Of a stretch of DNA of 32,000 bases, positions 1-8,395 are shown in pieces. The notes beneath the pieces were generated by a model. That model was not told where the DNA came from. It did no database searches and worked only from the letters and a program-made list of their open reading frames with translations. Source of the stretch: Pseudodesulfovibrio piezophilus C1TLV30 (GTDB taxonomy: Bacteria > Desulfobacterota > Desulfovibrionia > Desulfovibrionales > Desulfovibrionaceae); assembly GCF_000341895.1 (NCBI RefSeq), contig NC_020409.1, positions 1,800,001 through 1,832,000 of the forward strand. The letters are read 5' to 3'. Position 1 is the stretch's first letter. Each line of letters starts with the position of its first letter. The position numbers and the translations under genes were made by a program.

Positions 1-50
1 TAGCCCGCTCTTTTTCAGGTAAAAGCAAGCGTCTACGATGACTCCCCCGC

Positions 51-79
51 TTGACAGGGGAGGGATACTTATTTATCCC
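51..79 (+). promoter_or_regulatory. Candidate sigma70-type promoter of the cytochrome c3 gene with an overlapping palindrome
   Basis: TTGACA at 51-56, a 17-nt spacer, then TATCCC at 74-79. GGGATA (62-67) - N6 - TATCCC (74-79) is a perfect inverted repeat. The -10 hexamer is weak, so this call is tentative. Confidence 0.3.
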
Positions 80-132
80 GCATAAGTAGAGAGTGTGACA
101 GTTTATTTTTTGCAACAGGAGGAAAAAGGTAA

Positions 133-543
133 ATGAAAAAAGCTCTGATGATCTGCCTGATGGTTGCGGCCATGGTATGTGTCTTTGCATTGCCCGCCGT
201 TATCGCAGGTAATGCTCCCGCCGATACCATCACCATGATTGCTCCCAACGGACAGAAAATGTCCAAGACACCCGTGGAATTTCCGCATAAGATGCACGTT
301 GACAATGGTATCGACTGTCTGGTCTGCCACCACAAGGCAACCAGCAAAGATAATGTCAAGGGCTGTGCCAGCGAAGGTTGCCACACTGACGCCGGTAAGA
401 AAGCCAAGAAAGACCCCGAGGGCTACTACCAGGCTTTCCATAATAAGAAATCCGAAGCCGCTTGCTTGGGTTGTCACAAAAAGGCCAAGAAAGCTGGCAA
501 AAGTGCACCGGTATCCTGCAAGGACTGCCACCCCAAGAAGTAG
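133..543 (+). CDS. cycA: Periplasmic tetraheme cytochrome c3 (type I)
   Basis: 136-aa ORF with AGGAGG at 117-122. Cleavable signal peptide (..PAVIA/GN). Four heme-c attachment sites in the order CLVCH, CASEGCH (CxxxxCH), CLGCH, CKDCH, plus extra His ligands. Lys-rich, and of the size typical for c3. Confidence 0.95.
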   Translation: MKKALMICLMVAAMVCVFALPAVIAGNAPADTITMIAPNGQKMSKTPVEFPHKMHVDNGIDCLVCHHKATSKDNVKGCASEGCHTDAGKKAKKDPEGYYQAFHNKKSEAACLGCHKKAKKAGKSAPVSCKDCHPKK

Positions 544-562
544 CAATCTGCTAGGGTAACTC

Positions 563-594
563 AAGGGGGGCTGGGCACCAGCTCCCCTTTTTTT
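563..594 (+). terminator. Rho-independent terminator after cytochrome c3
   Basis: AAGGGGGGCTGG (563-574) pairs with CCAGCTCCCCTT (578-589), including one G-T wobble. The stem is followed by a run of 7 T (588-594). Confidence 0.85.
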
Positions 595-619
595 CAAACC
601 TTCTCCCACGGAGGTACAT

Positions 620-2482
620 ATGACCCCGGCTCCCCCGCCTCCCCCGACCGACGAAGTCAATGACATGCTCAACGACGGCGTTCCTGATAACGATGTTCTT
701 GACCCGGATACCGTTGATGCCGATTTCGAACAGGAGCTTGAAGATCTTTTTTCCGACGACCTCGAAGAGGAGGCTGCGGCCAGTGCCGCCATGGCCGAGG
801 ACAATGAACCTATTGTGCTCGATGAATACGTCACGACTGAAGACATAGACATCGCCATAGACGATCCTGCTCCAGTCGAACCGGAAGAGAATATCGAAAC
901 CGCTCAGACGGAAGAAGATGACGAAGGAGCACTCGTCCTTGACGATGTCGCTGAGGATGACAGCGAAGAGATGATGATTCTCGACGACGTGGTGGAAGAA
1001 GACGACGACGTCATGCTACTTGATGAAGTGATTGAGGAAGTCCCGGAAGTCCGGACAGACCCTGATGATATTGCCGCCCTGGTGGATGACATCGCAGAAG
1101 ACAACACCGTCACTCCCCCCTCTGCCGACGCAGAAGAAATCATCGAACTCGACGACCTACTCGAACAAGGTCGTCCCGAAGAGGTTTCAGAGGCACCCGA
1201 AGAAATTGTTGAACTCGATGATCTTCTCCAGGAAACGGAAACAGCCCCTTCTTCCGATGACGACACCATGCTCCTCGAAGAAATGGAGCCTGAAATCGAG
1301 CCTACCGCCGAAGAGGCAACCGAACCGACACTCCCTGACGACATGGCCGAAACCATGGCCGAAGCAATGGTCGGGGATGAAGCTGAAGACGTTTCCACCA
1401 TCACAGACCTTGAGCCAGAAACTGTCCAGGTTGAGCCGATGGAATCGGACAAACTGGGTGACCTGACGGAAGAAGCTCTGACCGATGCCGAAGAGATGCT
1501 CTCGGCAGAGCCTCCAGTGGAAGCCTCTGAGGCTCTCATGGCTGAAGCTCTTTCGGAGACAAAAGATCAGCCCGAGGAAGAAGGCACCCAAGAACTGAAG
1601 AGTGATGATGCCACTTCACAGAAACACGATATCGAGCCTGCAACGCCAGTATCCTCACTTGATGAGACTACGAACGCCGAAGATGTTCTTCCCACGAAAG
1701 AATCAGGAGAAGAGATTTCAACGGTCCCTGAAGATATGGTGGACCTTGCCCTGGCAGAAGAGTCTGGCCCGGAAATCCCGGTGGATGAGGCTGTGCTTGA
1801 GGAAGATATCGATCTCCTCATGGATGAGCCTGCATCAGAAGCGACTCCTGAGCCAGCCTCAGAAGAGGATATCCTCAAGACCGATGACAACGACATGAGT
1901 GAGTTGGCGGGGCTTGAGGCGCTGGAAGATGAAGGAATGGATGACATGGATAGCCTGCTCGACAATGTCGAGGTGGATGTTTCAGATGTCGAAACGTCAG
2001 TCGAAACGGATGAAGCGGATCTGGACATCCCCGAAGTGGATATCCCGGACACCGATTTTCCGACAATTCCCCCGACAGATGCGGCAGAGGCTGCTCTGAC
2101 CGATGCAGAAACCTCTGACATGGACACTGCCACTGAAAATGTCAGCGCCATGGAGACAGAAGAGGACTTGGGAGAAGACCTGCCGGACGAAATCATGGCA
2201 GGAGTCGATATGGACGAGGTACTCACCTCGGAAAATATGCCCCAGGACGCAGGGATTGATGTCTCCGATGATGTTGATGTCAACCAACTGCTGGCCGATG
2301 TGCGGAGCGAGACATCAGCCTCGGTCATTGCAGAATTGCAGGAAAAAGTCGCCATGCTCGAGACTCGCGTCGAAGACCTGGAAACCATGCTGCGAGAAGA
2401 AATAGCTCAGCTTGTCCCGGCGGAAGCTGCTCGTATCATTCGAGAAGAAATCACGGCTCTAGCCGATGAATTGGAAGAGTGA
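620..2482 (+). CDS. Hyper-acidic 620-aa protein of unknown function with a C-terminal coiled-coil segment
   Basis: ATG at 620 preceded by GGAGG (610-614). Residues 1-100 contain 36 D/E and no K/R/H. No signal peptide or TM segment. The last ~50 aa are heptad-like (LQEKVAMLETRVEDLETMLREEIAQL..). No family recognised. Confidence 0.8.
   Translation: MTPAPPPPPTDEVNDMLNDGVPDNDVLDPDTVDADFEQELEDLFSDDLEEEAAASAAMAEDNEPIVLDEYVTTEDIDIAIDDPAPVEPEENIETAQTEEDDEGALVLDDVAEDDSEEMMILDDVVEEDDDVMLLDEVIEEVPEVRTDPDDIAALVDDIAEDNTVTPPSADAEEIIELDDLLEQGRPEEVSEAPEEIVELDDLLQETETAPSSDDDTMLLEEMEPEIEPTAEEATEPTLPDDMAETMAEAMVGDEAEDVSTITDLEPETVQVEPMESDKLGDLTEEALTDAEEMLSAEPPVEASEALMAEALSETKDQPEEEGTQELKSDDATSQKHDIEPATPVSSLDETTNAEDVLPTKESGEEISTVPEDMVDLALAEESGPEIPVDEAVLEEDIDLLMDEPASEATPEPASEEDILKTDDNDMSELAGLEALEDEGMDDMDSLLDNVEVDVSDVETSVETDEADLDIPEVDIPDTDFPTIPPTDAAEAALTDAETSDMDTATENVSAMETEEDLGEDLPDEIMAGVDMDEVLTSENMPQDAGIDVSDDVDVNQLLADVRSETSASVIAELQEKVAMLETRVEDLETMLREEIAQLVPAEAARIIREEITALADELEE
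1133..1234 (+). repeat. Two in-frame copies of the peptide motif EEI[IV]ELDDLL[EQ], 22 codons apart
   Basis: GAAGAAATCATCGAACTCGACGACCTACTCGAA (1133-) versus GAAGAAATTGTTGAACTCGATGATCTTCTCCAG (1199-). The peptide is conserved while third codon positions differ. Confidence 0.8.
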
Positions 2483-2515
2483 GCGAATCAGCAGAGACTC
2501 TATTCAAGAGCCACC

Positions 2516-2552
2516 AAAAATCCCGCTTTCACATCGAAGGCGGGATTTTTTT
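2516..2552. terminator. Bidirectional hairpin terminator between convergent genes
   Basis: AAAAATCCCGCTTTC (2516-2530) / GAAGGCGGGATTTTTTT (2536-2552). GC-rich stem with a 5-nt loop, an A-run on the left and a T-run on the right. Confidence 0.8.
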
Positions 2553-2576
2553 GTGCGACTTCAAGCTCTTACCATT

Positions 2577-2786
2577 TTATTCATCACCATCAGGCTCAAT
2601 GGCACTGGATGCCGAATCCGCAGGCGGTTCCATACCGAATTGCTCGATAACACCAAGCACACTGGCTATGCCCTGCTCAAGATCAGCAGGCATACCTTCC
2701 GGGGGCAGCGCCGCTTCCAATAGAGAAACATCAATACCACTTTCTTTGGCCAACCGACACAATTTTTCATGCATTTGCTCATCCAT
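2577..2786 (-). CDS. Small acidic hypothetical protein (69 aa)
   Basis: The ATG lies 3 nt after the TGA of the upstream lipoprotein gene (TGAGCCATG), with GGAG 7 nt upstream. The gene ends about 25 nt before the bidirectional terminator. No family recognised. Confidence 0.5.
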   Translation of the reverse strand: MDEQMHEKLCRLAKESGIDVSLLEAALPPEGMPADLEQGIASVLGVIEQFGMEPPADSASSAIEPDGDE

Positions 2787-2789
2787 GGC

Positions 2790-3290
2790 TCACTCCACCA
2801 CCGGAAATCCGTCAAAGACTTCTCTGGATGCGAGCCATTTCTCCGGTACAGACGGTGTCTGCAGGTGCATTCTGGCCGCTGTCCCGACTCGCGAGGCTCT
2901 GCTCTGGGCCACAATGGACCATGCATTTCCCCCATGAGAACGCCCTGACAGATTGAGGACTTCCGCCTCTCGGGAGGGAGCGATAGCCAAAACAGTGAAT
3001 CCACGAGTTGACTGGCCATCAGCCTCGGCACTGGTAAAAACCATCATCGAATATTGATACCCCGTGGTCTTGTTCTCCCATTGGACCGGAACTCGTGGCG
3101 ACACGGTATTCAGGGCATGGCCGATCCGCCAGATATCGGCAGAGTCCAGATAACTCCCCACATATTGCTGCCCGGATGAAAAGCCCCATAAGGGCAACGT
3201 CTTTCCCTGGCAGCCGAGACAGAAAAGGAGCATGCTCGCCAGCAGAAAAATCGATACTACGCCCATAATTTTTGACCGACACTGTTTCAT
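2790..3290 (-). CDS. Probable lipoprotein, surface-antigen-like (family tentative)
   Basis: Start moved to the internal ATG giving MKQCRSKIMGVVSIFLLASMLLFCLGC, a signal peptide with a lipobox-like LGC. The pattern LDxxD..W-N-x2-TG..Y resembles RT0821/Lpp0805-type surface proteins; this is from memory and not verified. Confidence 0.65.
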   Translation of the reverse strand: MKQCRSKIMGVVSIFLLASMLLFCLGCQGKTLPLWGFSSGQQYVGSYLDSADIWRIGHALNTVSPRVPVQWENKTTGYQYSMMVFTSAEADGQSTRGFTVLAIAPSREAEVLNLSGRSHGGNAWSIVAQSRASRVGTAARMHLQTPSVPEKWLASREVFDGFPVVE

Positions 3291-3339
3291 GGCAGAACCA
3301 TAGAGAACAATCGAATCCGGCGCAACGAAAGAGAGACTA

Positions 3340-3381
3340 CCAACAAAGAAGAAAGCCCCGCTCCCTTGAAAGGAACGGGGC
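3340..3381 (-). terminator. Terminator after the malic enzyme gene
   Basis: On the minus strand GCCCCGTTCC - TTTCAA - GGGAGCGGGGC (10 bp with one wobble), followed by the T-rich CTTTCTTCTTTG. Confidence 0.6.
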
Positions 3382-3403
3382 CGCAAAAGGTGTGATTAAC
3401 CGG

Positions 3404-4723
3404 TTAGAAATCATAACCAAAGGTATCGACAACCCCTTTGGTACGAAGCTTGGAGGCTGTCATCATCACTTCCAGATCCTTAGCATACTGCTCCAGATCA
3501 AGGTGCACACGAGCCACCCCCGTCTCCATGGCAGCTTTGGCAACAGCCGGGGCCAACCGTGTCAGGACACGTGGATCAAGAGGTTTGGGGATGATATAAT
3601 CAATGCCGTATTCAAGCGCATCCACCCCATACGCATCGCAGACTTCCTGGGACACAGGCTCTTTGGCCAAATCGGCCAGAGCCTTGGAGCAAGCGATTTT
3701 CATTTCCTCATTGATCGCGGAAGCCCTGCAATCCAGCGCCCCACGAAAGATGAAAGGAAAACCAAGGACATTATTGACCTGATTGGGATAATCGGAACGC
3801 CCGGTTCCCATGACAATATCGGGCCGCACTGCCTTAACGTCTTCATATGCAATTTCAGGATCAGGATTGGCGCAGGCAAAGATAATGGCGTTTTCGGCCA
3901 TGGTCTTGACCATCTCCTGATTGATGGCATCCTTGACCGAAAGCCCAAGAAACATGTCCGTCCCGACCATGACATCAGCCAGCGAGCCGTAATCCTTGTC
4001 CTGGGCAAAAGCCTTCTTGAATTCATTCAGCCCTTCCCGTCCGACATGAATCAGCCCACGGGAATCGAACATGAAGATGTTCTGCCGCTTGACTCCCATG
4101 GAGACATAAAATTCGGAACAGGCAATGGCAGAAGCTCCGGCTCCGGAAACAACAACCTTGATATCCGTGATATCCTTGCCCGCAATTTCCAACGCATTGA
4201 GGATACCGGCCCCGGAAATGATGGCTGTACCGTGTTGGTCATCATGAAAAACCGGAATATTCATTTCCTCTATGAGACGCTGTTCGATCTCAAAGCACTC
4301 CGGGGATTTGATATCTTCAAGGTTGATGCCACCGAAGGTCGGTTCAAGCATCTTGCAAAAAGAAACAATCTCATCCGGGGTCGTGGCATTGATGTTCAGA
4401 TCGTAGACATCAATATCGGAAAAGATCTTGAAGAGAACACCCTTGCCTTCCATGACGGGTTTTCCGCCCTCCGGCCCGATATTCCCCAAACCCAGCACAG
4501 CGGTGCCATTGGAAACCACGGCAACCAGGTTTCCTTTATTCGTGTATTCGTACACCTTGTCGGTATCAGCAGCTATTTCTCGGCAGGCTTCGGCAACGCC
4601 GGGGCTGTAGGCCATGGACAGATGCTTCTGGTTATCGCACGGCTTGACGGAGATGACCTCCAACTTTCCCTTGCGCTTGTCGGAATGGTATCGCAATGCC
4701 TCTTCTTTGGTGAACAGTGCCAT
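3404..4723 (-). CDS. NAD(P)-dependent malic enzyme (short form, no PTA domain)
   Basis: 439 aa with AGGAGG upstream of the start. Motifs [24 protein letters not shown] and [11 protein letters not shown] are typical of bacterial malic enzymes. Confidence 0.95.
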   Translation of the reverse strand: MALFTKEEALRYHSDKRKGKLEVISVKPCDNQKHLSMAYSPGVAEACREIAADTDKVYEYTNKGNLVAVVSNGTAVLGLGNIGPEGGKPVMEGKGVLFKIFSDIDVYDLNINATTPDEIVSFCKMLEPTFGGINLEDIKSPECFEIEQRLIEEMNIPVFHDDQHGTAIISGAGILNALEIAGKDITDIKVVVSGAGASAIACSEFYVSMGVKRQNIFMFDSRGLIHVGREGLNEFKKAFAQDKDYGSLADVMVGTDMFLGLSVKDAINQEMVKTMAENAIIFACANPDPEIAYEDVKAVRPDIVMGTGRSDYPNQVNNVLGFPFIFRGALDCRASAINEEMKIACSKALADLAKEPVSQEVCDAYGVDALEYGIDYIIPKPLDPRVLTRLAPAVAKAAMETGVARVHLDLEQYAKDLEVMMTASKLRTKGVVDTFGYDF

Positions 4724-4954
4724 ATGTCAGGCCTCCTTGAAATTCTGTTCTAAAAATGGACCGCAACAGTCTGAATCACTTTGGTAAGGGGGAATTTCAA
4801 GTGGCGTCAAGCACATTTTCTCCTTGAACACCAAGCATTTCCATTACTCAAGAATCGACAATGGCATCATGCTGGTTGAGCGTCCAATCAAATCAGTATG
4901 TTGGGGAACTCTTCGCCAAAAACATCTGAATATCAGGGAGGATACCCTCCTCAC

Positions 4955-5980
4955 TCATTTGGGAAGAGGAATAATATTTGACGGGACGTGAATCCCCTTG
5001 TCACGCCAAAAACGATATGCTCCTCGATGCAATGGAATGGCAACCCCATTCAAGCCATTTGCGAGGCCCATGTCCCGTGCCGCACGGTGCGTTCCCGCGA
5101 GTTTCCCAAGCCCTTCGGCAGAATAGATGGCGCTGAGGCTGTCATAGACAGTCTGCTCCGAAAGAGCACTGCTCGCACACCACAGAGCTGCATCCTGAAA
5201 TGTTGCTACGGGGTGTGTCTGACCCTCATATGTTCCTGCCGGAATGACAGTTTTGGTATAAAACGGATAGGTATCGTAAAACTCAGAAACCACAGCAGCG
5301 TCATCAAGGTTCAAGAGAGCGATATGAAGTGATGAAGCAGCCTGCATGACAGAAGCATTCGGAGGCCCCACCAACACCCAGAAAGCATCAATACGCCCCG
5401 CTATGAACTCCTCTGCCGCCTTGGAATAGCCAAGGTTCACCGGAATGATATCGTCCCACAACTGGAGGTGCCTGAAGAATCGTTCGGCGGAAAAAGCCGC
5501 ACCGGAACCGGGATTGCCAATAGCAACTTTCCTGCCCACCAGTTCCTGAGGTGAATGGATACCGCTTTCCCGACGAACGACAAGCTGTGCCGGTGCGTTG
5601 TAGAGGTAGGAAAGGCTCCGCACAGTATCATAATAAATTGGATCCCCCGGCAGCTTGCCATTCCTCCCGAGAAAGGCATCCCCGGCATAGACGATCGCCA
5701 TATCCGCCCCATGCTTGTGCAGCGTACGCACGTTTTCTCCAGACCCTCCGGACCCTTTGGCGACAAGATCAAATCCGTTTTGGCCCTGAGCCACAATACG
5801 AGCAATCTTGTTCGCAAAAAAATTGAACGTCCCCCCTGTTGGCCCGCCGCAAAATATGACCATGGACTGATGCCCACCGCCCGAACCGGATCTTGATTGC
5901 TGATCAGGCTCTGAGGTGCATCCACAGAGGAATGCGACCATCGCCCCAATGACCAAAACAGAATTGAATCGCTTCATCAT
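4955..5980 (-). CDS. TAXI-family TRAP-type periplasmic solute-binding protein (probable lipoprotein)
   Basis: Start taken at MMKRFNS (the longer ORF begins with GTG). Signal peptide ends in LCGC. Contains GGPTGGTFNFFANKIA and the C-terminal IPLHRGAYRFWRDKG motif of TAXI receptors. Confidence 0.85.
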   Translation of the reverse strand: MMKRFNSVLVIGAMVAFLCGCTSEPDQQSRSGSGGGHQSMVIFCGGPTGGTFNFFANKIARIVAQGQNGFDLVAKGSGGSGENVRTLHKHGADMAIVYAGDAFLGRNGKLPGDPIYYDTVRSLSYLYNAPAQLVVRRESGIHSPQELVGRKVAIGNPGSGAAFSAERFFRHLQLWDDIIPVNLGYSKAAEEFIAGRIDAFWVLVGPPNASVMQAASSLHIALLNLDDAAVVSEFYDTYPFYTKTVIPAGTYEGQTHPVATFQDAALWCASSALSEQTVYDSLSAIYSAEGLGKLAGTHRAARDMGLANGLNGVAIPLHRGAYRFWRDKGIHVPSNIIPLPK

Positions 5981-6164
5981 CTCTCCAGAACAAAAGACCA
6001 CAGATTTTCTTCATCCTGCACGACGCATACTGAGATTCCCATGATAATATGTCTCACTATCCACCGATAACCGCAGAAGTCCCCATGATCAGAATTACCC
6101 TTTGCGGTTCTTGTCAATATACGTATTATTCTTCATGGACAGATGAAAATTCGGGGGGATTCTC

Positions 6165-6941
6165 ATGACAAAACAGTTCGCATTCATTCTTGTGCTGTGG
6201 GCGCTTCTCTGTGGCGCTCCCAGTGCTTGGGCGGGCGAAACCATTACACTCACGACAGGAGAGTGGCCCCCTTATTTTTCCAAGGAATTTCTCCACGGCG
6301 GATTCGTGACGCGGGTTGTAACGGAATCCTTTGCCTTGGCCAATATGGAAGCCCGATACGAATATCTGCCCTGGAAGCGTGGTTTTGAAGCAGCCAGACT
6401 GGGACAGTATGCCGGGGCCATGGGATGGATCAAGACGCCGGACCGGGAAAGGGACTTCCTCTTCAGTGACCCAATACTGACTTATAAGGCGGTCTTCTTT
6501 CACAGAATGGGCAAACAGTTTCACTGGGAAGGACTCGGGGATGTCGGCCACATGACCGTCGGGGTCACTTTGGGGTATACCTATGCAAACATGCTCAAAG
6601 CCACTCTCGAAGCCAGGGGAGGCTCCCTCGCCACCGCCCCCACCGACCTGATCAATTTCCAGAAACTGGCCGCAGGCAGAATAGACGTTTTCCCCTGTGC
6701 CCTCGCCGTCGGCAATTATCTCCTCAAGACTCGCTTTCCGCCGGAGACAAGAGCGACCATCCACTCCCATCCACGCCCTCTGCACGAAGGGAAACTCTAT
6801 CTGCTGATCTCAAAAAAATATCCCGATGGCAAGGCGATCATCGCTCGTTTCAACACAGGGCTTAGACGACTCCGTGCCAGCGGCCTCTATCGCCAGTACG
6901 AGAATGAATCCTCTGCCGGAGAATACATCCCCAAACAATGA
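6165..6941 (+). CDS. Periplasmic family-3-like substrate-binding protein
   Basis: 258 aa. Signal peptide ..PSAWA/GE. Overall bilobed solute-binding-protein pattern (TGEWPPY.., RIDVF..). No permease or ATPase gene is adjacent. Confidence 0.8.
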   Translation: MTKQFAFILVLWALLCGAPSAWAGETITLTTGEWPPYFSKEFLHGGFVTRVVTESFALANMEARYEYLPWKRGFEAARLGQYAGAMGWIKTPDRERDFLFSDPILTYKAVFFHRMGKQFHWEGLGDVGHMTVGVTLGYTYANMLKATLEARGGSLATAPTDLINFQKLAAGRIDVFPCALAVGNYLLKTRFPPETRATIHSHPRPLHEGKLYLLISKKYPDGKAIIARFNTGLRRLRASGLYRQYENESSAGEYIPKQ

Positions 6942-7049
6942 ACCACCGCAAAACAACAACTTCTGGCATGCCGATTTTTGACATCATTGGGTGAAGTGCG
7001 TAGATGCCGTGCGTCCGGTCTAGACCGATTTTCACCAGAAGGAGAACCG

Positions 7050-7799
7050 ATGCTCGACGATCTTACCGTGGTCCTTTTCCGACCCAAATTTCCTGAGAAC
7101 ATAGGAAGCACGGCCCGCGCCTGCCTCAATATGGGAGTCACCAAAATGATTATTGTTGACCCCTATAACTTCAACATGGACAAAGCCTTGCCCCTGGCCA
7201 CGGCCCACGCCAAGCATGTGCTGGAAAACGCACGAATCTGCGAAACGCTCCCCGAAGCGCTGGAAGGGTTTACCGCGGTCTACGGCACCACAGCCAGAAC
7301 CGGAGGCTGGCGCAAGGGGATCATGTCTCCTTCCACCCTGGCAAAAGTCGTGGATGAACGCCTGCATACAGGGGGTAAAGTCGCACTCGTCTTCGGCCCC
7401 GAGGACAAAGGACTGACCAATGAGGAGACAAGCCTCTGCTCCGGCCTGATGACCATCCCGACCAGCCGGGAGGGAACCTCCCTCAATCTGGCTCAGGCCG
7501 TGGTCATTGTCTTGTATGAATGTTTCAAACAGGCTCTCAGCAAACCATTTGTCCCAGATGGTCCGCCGGAAGAACGCCCCACGACCATTCAAGAACAGGA
7601 GACCCTGTTCGCCAACCTTCAGGAAAGCCTGCTCGCGATTAATTTTCTCAAGGAGGACAATCCGGATTACTGGATGCTCCCAGTCCGCCGTTTCTTCTCC
7701 AAGATCAATCTCAAACGCAATGAATTCAATTTACTGATGGGGGTTTCCAGACAGGTTCAATGGTTTGTACGGGCCTATGGTCCGAAAAAAGACACATAG
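7050..7799 (+). CDS. trmJ: SpoU/TrmH-family tRNA 2'-O-methyltransferase (TrmJ-like)
   Basis: Start at the ATG at 7050 with GGAGAA at 7041-7046. N-terminal VVLFRPKFPENIGSTARACLNMGV and later LVFGPEDKGL.. and SLNLAQAV motifs. Confidence 0.85.
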   Translation: MLDDLTVVLFRPKFPENIGSTARACLNMGVTKMIIVDPYNFNMDKALPLATAHAKHVLENARICETLPEALEGFTAVYGTTARTGGWRKGIMSPSTLAKVVDERLHTGGKVALVFGPEDKGLTNEETSLCSGLMTIPTSREGTSLNLAQAVVIVLYECFKQALSKPFVPDGPPEERPTTIQEQETLFANLQESLLAINFLKEDNPDYWMLPVRRFFSKINLKRNEFNLLMGVSRQVQWFVRAYGPKKDT

Positions 7800-7838
7800 C
7801 CGAGCAGAGACATGCTTTCCCGCCCGGCCACTCAGTCC

Positions 7839-8324
7839 TTAACGAGTCGCTCTCAACAGGCCGTTGATGGCTGCCATGACCGTCTGTTCCTTGATGTGTG
7901 CCCTGTCACCCGAAAAATTACAGAGCTTCGCCCTGGCCCCACCGGGCCATGCCCAGGCTATCCAAACCGTGCCCACGGGTTTCTCCGGCGACCCTCCCGT
8001 GGGACCGGCGACGCCTGAAACGGCAACTGAAACATCTGCTCCCACAGTCTTCAGCACACCCTCGGCCATGGCAAGCACCACAGCTTCCGAGACTGCACCA
8101 TGTTCATCAAGCACTGCCTGCTTCACGCCGAGCAATGTTTTTTTGACCTCATTTGAGTAAGCCACCACGCTCCCCGCAAACCACTGGGAACTCCCGGAAA
8201 CATCCGTCAGCGTGCTGGCGATGAGACCTCCGGTGCAGGATTCGGCCGTGGCCAACATGTTTTTTTCAACCCGCAACGATTCTCCCAATTCAGAGACCGC
8301 CCGAGCAATAAGATACGTATCCAT
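7839..8324 (-). CDS. pncC: Nicotinamide-nucleotide amidohydrolase (CinA C-terminal domain protein)
   Basis: 161 aa with a GGAGG ribosome-binding site. Contains the ESCTGGLIA motif and the AYSNEVK..LGV pattern of PncC/CinA-C. Confidence 0.9.
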   Translation of the reverse strand: MDTYLIARAVSELGESLRVEKNMLATAESCTGGLIASTLTDVSGSSQWFAGSVVAYSNEVKKTLLGVKQAVLDEHGAVSEAVVLAMAEGVLKTVGADVSVAVSGVAGPTGGSPEKPVGTVWIAWAWPGGARAKLCNFSGDRAHIKEQTVMAAINGLLRATR

Positions 8325-8395
8325 AAATGTCCTCCGCCTTTGATTCTACAAAATACCTTAAGCAGTTGCAATCCCGGTATCCTCACGGCTAGACT

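Noticed and set aside
103-2388. Three long Ser-rich minus-strand ORFs (103-858, 904-1539, 1567-2388)
   Set aside because: They are the reverse complement of runs of GAN/GAA/GAC codons in the acidic gene, which cannot generate stops in that frame. The first one also runs through the cytochrome c3 gene and its terminator. The products are poly-Ser low complexity.
2479-2937. 152-aa plus-strand ORF after the acidic gene
   Set aside because: It runs straight through the strong bidirectional terminator at 2516-2552 and is antisense to two better-supported minus-strand genes.
3272-4753. 493-aa plus-strand ORF covering the whole malic enzyme gene in antisense
   Set aside because: Its codons are exactly aligned with the sense codons (3404-3272 is a multiple of 3). 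In that frame antisense stops arise only from sense TTA, CTA and TCA codons, which a well-expressed gene here avoids. The translation is low-information (G/I/D/H-rich) with no motif. The minus-strand product is an unambiguous malic enzyme. This is a classic shadow ORF.
6978-7049. N-terminal extensions of track ORFs (also 13217-13279, 25517-25606, 27287-27385, 18143-18220, 3291-3386, 9888-9950, 12428-12445, 5981-6001)
   Set aside because: The extended starts are mostly GTG/TTG without an SD. Internal ATGs preceded by GGAG-type sites give N-termini that match the respective families.
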